Shown: positions 49,475-61,284 of the stretch, in pieces
How positions within the stretch are numbered: position 1 is the first letter of the stretch
How the letters are laid out: every line of letters starts with the position of its first letter
Made by a program: the position numbers and the translations under genes
Notes under the pieces: model-generated
What the model saw: the letters and a program-made list of their open reading frames with translations, nothing else
Told to the model about the DNA's origin: nothing
The model's database searches: none
From: Selaginella moellendorffii
Taxonomy: Eukaryota > Plantae > Lycopodiophyta
Direction: 5' to 3'
DNA: 64,000 nt
Assembly (NCBI RefSeq): GCF_000143415.4
Contig: NW_003314344.1
Coordinates: forward strand, 318,336-382,335

Positions 49475-50594
49475 ATGGCTAGGGCTCTTGCTTGCTGCTA
49501 CGTGACGCGCGAAGCTCTGGCAGCTAGCACTCAAAGCCACCAACAAACAACACAGCACAGAGTTCCAAAGGTATCAATCTTTTTCATTCTTCGTGGCTAA
49601 CTCTCGTCTTTCACAGTCTCTTCCAGGCATGAAAATGCTAGAGCCGATAGAACAAGGAACACTTGTCTACAAGCCTTACTTGGATTATCTCTGCTTCCAG
49701 CTGCTAGACTCGGCCCCAGATGTACAAGCTCTTCCGCTAGACGATCAGCTCGCATTCAAAAGCTCTCCACGCAAGGCAAATGTTTATAACTGGCTCTACT
49801 CGTCAAGGAGGCTCCGGCGTATCAGAATCACGTACTTCGATGCCGGGAGAGCTTGCCAAGCGCTCAATGCCTTGCTCTATCCAGACAACAGGTATGTTTT
49901 CATTTTTCTCATCGGCTTCTGATACATGTCGTTCGAATTTGATCTAGTTTCGATCTCCCGTTACTGGGAATAGATTTGCTCTCGTTTGGCGCGAACAAGA
50001 TCCTGTGCGTGGTAGATTTTATACCACTCTTTCAAGATCAAGGCTACTTGGAGAAGTACATTCGTCCGCTCGCGTTGCTTCGCCAGCCTTTTGCAGCACG
50101 GTGCAGTGAAATGTCTGATCGTTTCTTTGACAAAGACAAGTTTGCATCGGAGCAAATGATCTTCTTTCGATCAGATCAAGGATCTTCGGAGCCCGATCTC
50201 GAGGTAAGCAAAATTCTCCAGCTTCGGTGACTTACAACTCCTGATTGATCTGATCTTACAAAAACAGGTGTTGAGCGGCGGAATGTACAGAGTTTATACG
50301 CAATATGTCGCAACATACTTGAAATCTTTGCATTCTTTGGAGCCAAATGAGGATCCAAGATTTTGTGTGAAATGCCACGAGAAACAAGCTGCTTACGACC
50401 GCTACCTGGCAGATCGAGATCCCGCTTTCAAAGTTTTTAGCAGCTACTTTGGAAGCGAGGTAAGCAATCAAATCAAAGTTTTTCGACAAAGCAACGAAGT
50501 AACGTTTTTGTTACAGTGGACGCAAAAGTTTTGCTACAAGTTCCTCTGTCCAGGAATCAGCATTCCATGCCACAAAGCCAAACAGCGCCAATGA
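49475..50594 (+). CDS. PUBS: Ferredoxin-dependent bilin reductase, PebA-related (phycourobilin synthase-like), 5 exons
   Basis: RRIRITYFDAG..QALN.LLYP, LPLLGIDLLSFG, VVDFIPL.QD..YL, YDRYLADRDPA..F..YFG.EW; motif pattern is PebA-like rather than HY2-like. Confidence 0.75.
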
Positions 50595-50645
50595 AACCAT
50601 CTCTCTTTATTTCCAAAACTAAAGCTTTCTAGAGTAGGACAACTT

Positions 50646-53600
50646 TCAATGAAGTTTTGCTCTGGGCCTCTGGTTGTCGATCTCGTCCATCCAGTCCGAG
50701 AGGCTTCGCAGAGCTTTGGCGCCATAGTAGGCCATTGCTACCGATCCCAGCACAAGAGCAACCACTAGAGCATATCTCATTGCCATTTGCAAGCTCTCCT
50801 GCAATTTGCAAGTTTTCATTTAGAACAGTGCCCATGAAAGAAGCAAAAGGGAAAAGATACCTTGTACTTCCAGTCCCCGTGAGCGCTTCTCAGTGCGCGT
50901 GCTTTGCGTTGTTTCGGCAGGACCTTCTTCAAGTCATCACGACGTAGCTGCAAAAAGAGAGCCAAAAGCATAAATGAAAAATCCGATCGCTAGAACCACG
51001 TACCTCTTTGTCTGCTGCTTGTTTGTGTTGCAAATCTTCTTCCAGCTCCTGCGAGGCTTTGGCTTTCAAACAATCTTGATCGCACGGAACTAAAGCCGAT
51101 TGTTTCTCTCGCGCAGCTTGAACTTCAAAGCACTGATACGCTTTACGGATGCGCTGACATGCACATCTTACAGTGACCTGTGTGGGATTCATGAGTCAAT
51201 TGAATTCGTTTGCTTTTGGATTCGTAGCATACCTTCTTGGAGCACAGGCTTGGACAGGAGCCTGGATGACAAATTTCCGAGCACAAGTGCGAGCAGTTCT
51301 CAAGCTTCCTGCATGCAAGAGTTTCATCAAAGACTGTCTCCTAAAAGAAAGAAATATGTAGCCAAACCTGTGGCAAGGACCTTTGCATGAAAGCAACTCG
51401 ATGCGTTCGTCCTCGGAAAGGCAACCAAAGGCGCTACATTCCAGTGTGCGCACAAGAGTACCGCAATGGCAAGACTTCTTCAAGGAAACCTTGCACGCCG
51501 GACATTTCCCAGTGTGGCAGCCAATCTCACAAGGATGTGGACAAGGTGGATCCCGAGTCTGGGAAACAAAGCATCACTTCAGATCAACGACAAGAAACAA
51601 ACGGTTATACCTTTGTGCATTTCAGCCGGCAAGAGCTGCACGAATCGTATTGCTGAGCACCACCCGAGGCCACGACCGTTCCATTCGATAGAGCACGACT
51701 GATGGTAACTACATGACAAAGATCTCGGCAAAAGTGATTTCCGCACGACAAAAGATTTCCGCATGGTTTTTCACAGGAAAATCTTGATTCGTCATTACAC
51801 GGGACCTGCAATGCAGTAGTTAAAATGATAGACCGGTCCAGTAAATCAATAAGCCAGTACCATCTTCGACCCGGCCGGATGTTTGCCCATGCACGGCCTC
51901 GACACAAGAACAGAACATGGTGGACATGGAGAGCCTGGAATGGGAGAAATCACAGCTTTGCGTTCTTTCTTGGTTCCCTTCAAGACTGGACATGTTAGTC
52001 GTGGTCCATGACACCTAGAAGCAAAACTTTTAGCGTCTACAAAGCTAATGCATCCAAAATAATACCTCTGGTTACACGAATGACCACAATCAAGTTTCTT
52101 GTTGCACAGCAGTTGACAAGGCGGACATGGTCCATAATGGCATCTGTGAGGCTGCAATACAAGATGTAATGTAATATTAGAAGCCATAGGTTTATCAGAG
52201 TACCTTGCATAAATCACCATGACCACAGATATGTGGTCTCTGACAGCGTTTTGAGCATTTTGGAGGCTTCACATCTTTGTCTGCGCCACAAGGAACCTAG
52301 AAAAGAATTTCACAAATGAACATCAAAAATTCAAAACATACCTCGAGTGTAGTGAATCCACATTGACACGAAATTTTCACAGTTAAAGGGCAAGGTGCAC
52401 ATAAACCTCTGAACACGAACAACAGTATAATAAGAAGAATATTTCACAATATAAAACCAGAGCCTCACCAGCATAGATACCTGTGACAAGGAGCTGGACA
52501 CTTGTGATTACCACATCTCAACTTTTTGCCACAAATCTGTCCAGGAACAGCAGAAAACTACGTCATGCCAAAGAAAACAAATCAAGTTCGCGTACCTCAG
52601 AACAAGGTGGGCAATCCCCGTCACAGCACCTCCGCCTGCACGCATGACGCTGGCAGTTCCGTATGTGTTGGCACTTCCGTTCACAAACAAGATCCTGGTA
52701 GCAAGGAACCTACACAAAACTTCAACTAAGAAACATAGATAGTTGCAGACACATAAAAACACAGACCTCTTTCACCGTGCTCCCACAGCGACATCGCTTG
52801 TTGATCAAAACTCGACAGGTTCCCACACAAGAACCAGCATGACACCGTTCCGGACATCGATGAAGTCCACAGGCCAGTAACTTCTCACACGTTGATCCAC
52901 ACGTCGGGACTTTAACATCACAGGCCAGATCCTTGTACGCCTCCTTCCCACAGGCGCAAGTCCTCCTCCCTTGAAGTTCACACTCTCCACAGGCCCCAGC
53001 ATGACACTGCTTCCCGCATACGTGCTTCTTGCAGCTCAACTCCTTGTCACAAATCCTCTCGCACTGGAAATCGGCTTGAGAGCAGGGGCGAACTTCAGTC
53101 ACACTCCCACACCGGCAGCGATGGACACCGAACTTGGTGCAAGGCTTGCACTCCCCTTCGTGGCAAATCTCGTCGCAGGAGTGGACTCCACAGCCCAGGC
53201 GCTTGGAACAAAGCCTTTGGCAGGAGAAACTCTTGTGGCCACAGCGCCGGAGCTCCGCCAACTTTCCACAGTGGCAAGCCAGCTGGACGAGCTGTGGACA
53301 TGGCGGACACGGCCCGGGGTGGCAAAGAAGCAGACAAGTGTGCGAGCAAAGTCCCAGCTCCAGCTCGCATCTCTCCCCGCAAGAGTGTGGAGTGAGCCAA
53401 GGATCGGACCTTGGATCCACCTCTTTGCCGCAGTAGCAACGATACTCTCGCGGGATCTCTGCCTGTGGATAGTCCCGTCGACACTTCGGACAGTGCCAGC
53501 GCGCCGGGGAAGTCCTGGAGCTCGAGTTTCTTCCAGCGGAAGAATTTTCGCTGGTGCTGAGTACCTGGCGAGCCCACGACTGGATGCAAACCAAGTGAAG

Positions 53601-53939
53601 CACCGCAAAGCATCCTTGCTTGCAGTGCCAGATTGGATCGATCTTGCGGATTTTCTCGAGGCATATCAGGCACGTCGATGCTCCGCCCTTGGTCGCGGCC
53701 ACGAGGCTGTTGATCCGATTCACACCCGCCTGGAAAAGCTGCCCTGGATCATTATCTGTCGCGGCTACTCCCGGATAATTCCGGAAGATCGAAGCCCCGG
53801 GATCGTCATCCCCACTGCTGCTATAATCCCGCTCCTCGTCGTCGCTGCTAGAAACCTCGAGCTGGTTCTTGATCGAGGGATGGAGCTCCTCCAACCTGGC
53901 TGGATTTGGCAGCAACGGCTTATCCCAAGCTCGCTGCAT
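50646..53939 (-). CDS. NFXL2: NF-X1-type zinc-finger protein with C-terminal TM helix, multi-exon
   Basis: [39 protein letters not shown], many CG.H.C...CH.G.C repeats, C-terminal TM + LSDWMDEI. Confidence 0.9.
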
Positions 53940-54089
53940 CCTTATTTCGGAGAGAATGCAGCGATCTAGAACATACCCGGCGACGCGCCCTGGCCGCTCT
54001 CCAGATCCCCGAAATTTAGGGCTCTTGGGCTTGGCGAATATTCATCTGACAAAGTATCTTTACAAAACAAGGAGGGAAAAGTTTTTGCC

Positions 54090-54700
54090 CTAGCTCCAAA
54101 GAGACCACACTGTGATACCCCACCTCTGTAAAGCCCTCTCAGCTTCCACCAAGTTCCATACAAGCTCACCAGCGTGTTTGAAACGTAGAGATCGTTCATT
54201 CCACGCATTTTCTTCTTGAAATCCACATTGCCGAAGCTGCCAGGACGGGAATCGCCACAATCATCGCCTCTCAAACAAGTCCAAATCCTTGCCATTTGGA
54301 AGGAAATTTCTCGCACAATCCAAGCACATCCCACCTCCTGCCGGATGGATCTCATCTACATTGTAAATGCAAGACAGAAGGAGCGCATGGGCGAGCGCCT
54401 CTGCAAGGCGAAAACGAATGTCCTTACAAAGTTTCTTATTTTTAATCTCATAGCTTTCCTCTTCTAGACTCGTTTGAAGCTCCTTACAAGAGAGTTGGCT
54501 TCGAATTATCTCCAGCACTCGCAACACCAAAGCTAAAAGCCACGGTTAGATCTTTTGACTTCATGGTTCCAAGGGGTTGTGAAACTGGATCTTTCAATCA
54601 TCTTCTTCATCACCAGCAACGTTACACTCGTGCACCTCACACCCGAGCTCTAGTTTCTGCCGGGCTCTCCATTCGCAGGCGATTATCATCTGGTTGATTA
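54090..54700 (-). pseudogene. Decayed PPR-like fragments
   Basis: RGMNDLYVSNTLVSLYG and related degenerate motifs; broken frames. Confidence 0.4.
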
Positions 54701-56112
54701 CTTTGACTTGTGTTCGTAAATACATTCCGGGAAAGAAAGGAATGCCTTTGAGCTGTAGCCTTCAACATTGAGCAGATGGCCATTAGCTTGCCCACTGTGT
54801 GCTGACTTGAATAAGTTGCAAAAATCTTTTGGAATTTCGATCATCAAGATCACCTTTTGCATCAGTATAGCCGATGGCTACATAAGCTTTAAGACTAGAG
54901 TAAACAATTTTGATGTACCTTGGAGATAGATTAGAATTTTCCATGTTGCATACCAGTGTTTCTAAGTGTGCAATAATTCTAGTAGTATATTTCTATTGAA
55001 AGAGAATTAATTTGCAAAGATAATGATCACGTTTAATTTGTAAGATAATTCACAAAGAACTGTCATTTTAAATTGTTTGGTGATACATGCTTTGACTTCA
55101 GCTAATATGTGCTTAGTAGATGCAATTATTAAGTCATCTATGTAAATTGCAACCATTATGAATTTTTTGTTTTATGATAAATATAAATATTCCAATCAAG
55201 TGATGCATGAGTTCATTAATGGTGTTATACCATATACTAGAGGCTTGTTTTAAACTATACATATATTTCTTTTAACTTTGAGACATATAGAGAGGTTGAT
55301 CAACTTTTCTATTAAAACATTCATTTGATGTAATTCCAAGTTTTAAAAAATAATACTTGGATGGATTTGCCACAGGAGAAAATATCACTATATCATTAAT
55401 TTTTTATTTTTGAGAGTATCCTTTCATCTGAGACAAGTAAGATATTTAATTTTAAAGATCCAGTTTTAATTAAGAATTCTCATCCATGGTTCAGCAAAAA
55501 CATATTCTCAAGATTGATTAGCAATGAGTGCCTCATATTCCAAGAGAATTACTTGCCACAACTTCTTGGCACTAATGCTTGAAAGAGTTTCATTAAGTGT
55601 ATATATAATACCACTATAAAGTTTACAACTACAAATTATATGAAGCCGGTCGTCACCTAGATTCTTTTGCAATTAGAGAAGGAAAGACAACAAAAATACT
55701 AAAACAAGGAGGAAAAAGGATGAATATAGTCTTATATACCCTAGAGGTTTTAGAAATAACCTTAAAAGATAATCCAAAATTTAACCTAGGTATAATTATA
55801 TTAATAGTTGTTTTTTTTTTTTCCAAATGGTTATATGGCCTTATATAGAATCTTATTTCAAATAATCTAACAAACCTGATATTTATCTAGCAAGAAAGCA
55901 CAGAGTACAAATTTAAAGAAGTTGACAAGAATATTTTTTTCGCAAACATCTTATTTTATGTTTTAATAAATACTCCTATTATGACATGTAGTAAAAATTT
56001 AAATTGTTAGAACAAGAAGTGTCATTTAGAACATTTTTATCTATATAATGTATAGAGAGTTTTGAAATTATTAAGTTCACCATAAATTTTATATTTTAAA
56101 GTTTATAAAGTT

Positions 56113-57480
56113 TGTATTCTGAGGGCCAAGTGTATGGCTACAATGCCGTATACTAATATTAGCATAGTAGGATTTTGGTAGCTGTCGAATTGGTTTCAAT
56201 CCAGACCATTCGCGCCTGTATATAAGCTAGAGTTTTTGGGTTAATTGATATGCACATTTTCTGTATTCCCTTTCTATATTCTAAGCACTCACATTAGTGG
56301 AGGTAAGAGGCATCTTTGATTAAGAAGTGCTTGGATTTAGGATTTTGGTTTAGATTTAGCTTTTGTATTGTCTAAATTTAGTTTTTTCCATTTCCTTTCT
56401 TTTGCTCTTTTTTTTTAGGATTTTGGTTTAGATCTAACTTTTTGAATTGTCTAGATCTACCATTTCCTTCTAGCTTTTTTTTTGTTATTTCTCTTCTTTT
56501 GATTTTTCTTTGTTCATCTTCATGGTAAATCAGCAATCTCCTCCTTTGACTCTAGAGTAGCAGTTGTTACAATTGCTTGATGCTATGCGCTTGCAATTGA
56601 ACAACAAAACTCAATTAATAGCAGTGTTCATGGCACATGGTATAATTCCTCTTGCTCTTGGTGTCAATCCTCGCGTTTGGCCGGAGTTCTTTCGCGGGAA
56701 TCCTGGGGATGATGTGTACCATTGGTTCGATCACTTCACGGTGATTGCCACATATCATTCTTGGGATGATGCTTGACATTTGTGTGAGTTTCCCACGTGT
56801 CTTCAAGGGACAACATTGTAGTGGTACAATGGTTTGAGCGTAGCCACTCGTGGGGATTGGAGTGTTCTCCCGGACATTTTCAAACGCGCCTTCGGACATG
56901 CTGATGACTATGATAATGCCTTCTAACAATTGCATCGTCTTCGCTAAGGGCCATCTGAGTCGGTGATGCAATTTGGTGTTCGTTTCCGAAGTCTTTTGCT
57001 TCATGCGGAGCCAAATATGTCGGAGCGGATCAAGCTAGAAATATTGTGGCTAGCACTTCGTCAAGATCTTGTCAGACTTGTGCATGCACTTGCTCCTGCC
57101 ACCCTTGACGATGCTTGGCACAATATTATGAAACGTCACCTCTTCCACTTCTCGCTGCACGTCCTTCAACTCCACTTCCTATGGGTGATGGTCCTGTTCC
57201 AATGGAGGTTGATACTGCTGCTGCTCAAGTCCAAAGACAAGGGCGAGGACGTGGTCATGGCCATAATATTCACTGTTGGGCGTGTGATGAAGTTGGTCAT
57301 ACTTATCGGCATTGTCGGCATTTTCCAGATTAGCGATCTCCATTTCTTGGCTGTAGACCTTGGCATCAGCAATGTCTTGTTGGTGCTGCTGCTATGGAAG
57401 GTTTGGACACCGAGATGCATCTGGGAAACGAGGAGTCACACAAGTAATAGAGGGAACTTACGCAAATAAATCAATGACCT
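56113..57480 (+). mobile_element. Ty3/gypsy 5' remnant: putative LTR (about 56113-56293) and decayed gag
   Basis: PEFFRG..DDVYHWF..F, WYNGL, PATLDDA, PVPMEVD, CWACDEVGHTYRHC zinc knuckle; internal stops. Confidence 0.75.
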
Positions 57481-58049
57481 TTCTATCTTTCTTTTGGGAG
57501 TATCATCAAGGGGTTCACTTGACATCGGTTCATCTAGTATTTACGTTCTAAGCTCGTTTTTTAAACAAGAGGTCTCCTATTATTCTCTCCATAATAATTA
57601 TTTGTATTTCTCCATCATTTAATGTGTTATTTAGAACCTATTGAATACCTACTAGCAGAATACAATCTATAAAGAAAATTAATATACTTAAAATTAATAC
57701 TAAAATAGTAATTAACAGTTTTAGTTTTACTGTAATGTGTGAAGATACATTTTAATATCATTTGTATATTAAACTTTTTAACTTCCTCTGTAGGAGTAGA
57801 GAATATACTTAGAATACCTAGATATATTCTAGAATGTTCTTTAATTTAATGGTTCTAAAACTTTTCTTTAAATCATTAGTAATCAAGTTTAAATATTAAT
57901 ATTCTTAATTATCACTAATATAAAATATATTTACCATCCTAAGTTTGTATCTTCTCATCAGGTTATAGGGAAAGTTAAAACCCTAAAACTTTTTATACAC
58001 CTGAAACTCATTCTAAAACTTACAACATAATTTTTACTACACAATATGT

Positions 58050-61000
58050 TTGGATATAAGAGTGTCTAAGGCTTTTACCACCAAAGCACTTGCAATTATA
58101 AGTATTACTATAGTGCACCTGAATTTGGAGTTGAATTCCAAGCCTGTTGCACTACGAATCGAGGGTCTAATACAATCTCATGAGCACCAGCTCCCCGTAT
58201 CCAGCTCCTACATGCAAAATGGTGTGAGATGGAGTTTGGCACAATTTTGGCATACCAATGGCTTAACACAAGGAGGAGGGTACCCCACTGACTAAAGCAA
58301 CGTGGAACTTGGGTTTAGACCCAAGTCGGATGCAGAACAAAGAGCGACATAACTTAGTGGGAGCTAAACTAATGTCTCAGGTGGTCAAACATGCATTCTC
58401 ACCATTATCCCTACTACACATTTGGAACCCCCATAGCTGCCCCCCCCCCCTCAGCTAGAAACACATAGGAGTTCCTACCTTATGTCCATTTGGCTAAGTA
58501 CAGATGCTAAGCTTAGTTTACTAACACTTGGACAAAAGGGGCTAATGATAGGAACTAGCAATACCGACCTTCTGCCGTCATGGCAGTAAGGGAAGAGTGC
58601 CCGTAAGGATTGGCCGACAAGTATCTTTTGATACCCGAAGTCACATTCGCGACATTCTCCCCCCCTTGGGGAAGATTAACGTCCACGTTGATACATACCC
58701 AAGTCTAGCAAACTGTCAAGGAAACAACTCTGAAAGTTAATAGAAAGCACACTATATGGGAAATACACTGACTTAAATGAGTTATGGAACAACCTTTCCT
58801 CTACGTCCAAAGATGTTAAGACTCAAACACCCTCCGGCCGTCACCGACAAGGAAATGACTAATAGAGTTAGCCACCCTTGCTACTCTGAGTACCACTCGG
58901 CTTACAAAGGAATGATACATCCCTGCCTGCAGGGACATAGGGAGAAGGCCAGAGGCCCAACTTCCCTTGAGCAAGAAATCAACCCCATCGGGAAGATTTA
59001 GACAACTATTATAAACTGGCAGATTAAATTGTTTACACGACCATGCCCCTTTTTTCAAAAATGAGTCATCGAGAGAGAGGCAGGGACTTGTGATCAGTCT
59101 ATAATAATTATCCCCATGGTTATGGATTAGACCCATGCACTAAAGTGCCGAAGTCAGCCTGCCAAAACTGACCCAAGTACTAATGAACGAGAGAAACGAA
59201 ACTTTGATTTATATAAATATATAACTTTATTGATTTACAAGATTTATTACAAAGTTTACAAAAGCTAATCTTTATTACTATTCTCATACTCCGTGACAAG
59301 CTCACGAGCATGTGTAAGATTACTAAGAGGCTCCCACATTGATTCACAAGTTAGATAACCTTTCCACTTAACTAGATACTCTTGACGTTTGGCATGTTTA
59401 AGCCAGCGTGTATCCAAAATAGCTTCAGCCTCATACTCAGGTTCACCATCAATGATCGTTGGTGGAGGACGAATGTCTATAAAACGTTCCTCAGCAGCAT
59501 GATATAATGCCAGTAAATTGACATGAAACACATCATGTACATGAGAGAACTCATCCAGAAGATCCAACTTATAGGATACATCACCAACTCGTCTCAACAC
59601 CCAATAGGGTCCAGCATATCTTGGTAACAGCTTCCGAGATAAGATCCCTTAATGTTCAAGTTCCCGGAAGATAGCCATACCTGATCTCCCACTTGATAGG
59701 ATACATCTCGACAATGTTGATCCTTATCACGTCGATACCTATCCTGAGCTTTGCCCATCGCCTCAATAGCTCTAGACAAACCTTGGGGTAGCTACTTCGC
59801 ATAAGTCTCAATAGGCGGGACCAATACTTTGGACATTAGTTTCGGTACAACAATCTGTTGAGGCACTCCACGAGCATTCCCTTGTAGCATCTCCTATGGA
59901 GAACAGCCAATAGCACTGTGAAATGTGTTGTTATAACAGATTTCTACTGTATCCAAATGCTCAACCCAATCGCGTTGGTCTGCCGCGACATAGTACCGCA
60001 GATAATCCTCAAATTGAGCATTCACACGTTTGGTCTGCCCATCAGTTTGAGGATGATAAGTTGTACTAAACTTCAACTTGGTACCAAACAATTGGAACAG
60101 TGTGCCCCAAAACTTCCCCATAAACCTCGAATCTCTATCCAAGATTATCTCTTCGGGAAGACCACGAACCCACACTACTTCATGGAAAAAGAGCTTCTCT
60201 TGCCAATGAGCTTGCTTTGGCATAAGCTTAGGCTACGTAGCAAAGTAGCTCAGTGTGTTACTATCTGTATAAACCTTGGTGTGTCCACCCAAGTAGTGTC
60301 TCCAATGTTCTAGGGCCAACACTATAGCAAACATCTCTTTCTCATGCATTGGCCATCTTCGTTGAATTTCATCCAATTTCTTGGAATAGAATGCAACGGG
60401 ACAACCATGTCGCCTTAGCATAACACCAACTGCTTTGTCACAATCTTGTTTCAACACGGCAGCAATAGCATAGCTAGATGCATCACAATGCACTTCAAAG
60501 GGTTTATCAAGATCTGGAATCTTGAGAATAGGAACCGTAGTCAAGATCTCCTTCAACCATACAAAAGCATGCTAACAAGCTGGTGTCCAATGAAACAGTA
60601 TACTACTCTTCGTTAACTCAGTCAACAGAAGAGCAATTCTTGCAAAATTGTAGACAAACTTGCAATAGTATCCTGCCAAACCGAGAAAGGAACGAACATC
60701 TGATACAGTGGTTGGAACTTCCTATGACTTCACCGCTTCCACCTTCTTTAGATCTACCTCAATTATGCCACCACCAACTATATGTCTGAGAAAGTTTACG
60801 TGCAATTGTCCAAAAGCACATTTACTTTCTTTAGCATACAGTTTGTACTTCTGATACACTAGCTCCAAGTGTTTCAAATGATCCTCCAACGTTTCATTGA
60901 AGACTAGAACATCATCAATATATAGGACAACAAATGCATCTAAATAATCTCCAAATATTCTATCCATCATAGTGCTGAACGTTGCCAGAGCATTGCATAA

Positions 61001-61284
61001 CCCAAACGGCATGATAAGGAACTCATAGGATCCATATCGAGTTTTAAAGGCTATCTTCTCCACATCTTGATCTGCCACCCATATCTGATGATACCCGGAC
61101 CGCAAATCAAGTCGCATAAAATACTTAGCCTTTAAGAGTTGGTAAAAAAAATCATCAATGCGAGGCAAAGGATAATTGTTCTTAACTATGATCTTGTTGA
61201 GTGCCTGATAGTCTATACACATCCCCATGGATCCATCCTTTTTTCATAACAAAAAGGATCGACGCTCCATAAGGTGACTTGTTT
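58050..61284 (-). mobile_element. Chromoviral Ty3/gypsy remnant: RT, RNase H, integrase, chromodomain, PPT (58655-58665) and 3' LTR starting at 58654 (left end approximate)
   Basis: CIDYQALN..YPLPRIDD, MPFGLCNA, YIDD, CDASSYA, DRDSRF, YHPQTDGQT, HDVFHV, YLVKWKGY..WEP; GGGGGGGAGAA|TGTCGCG. Confidence 0.9.
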
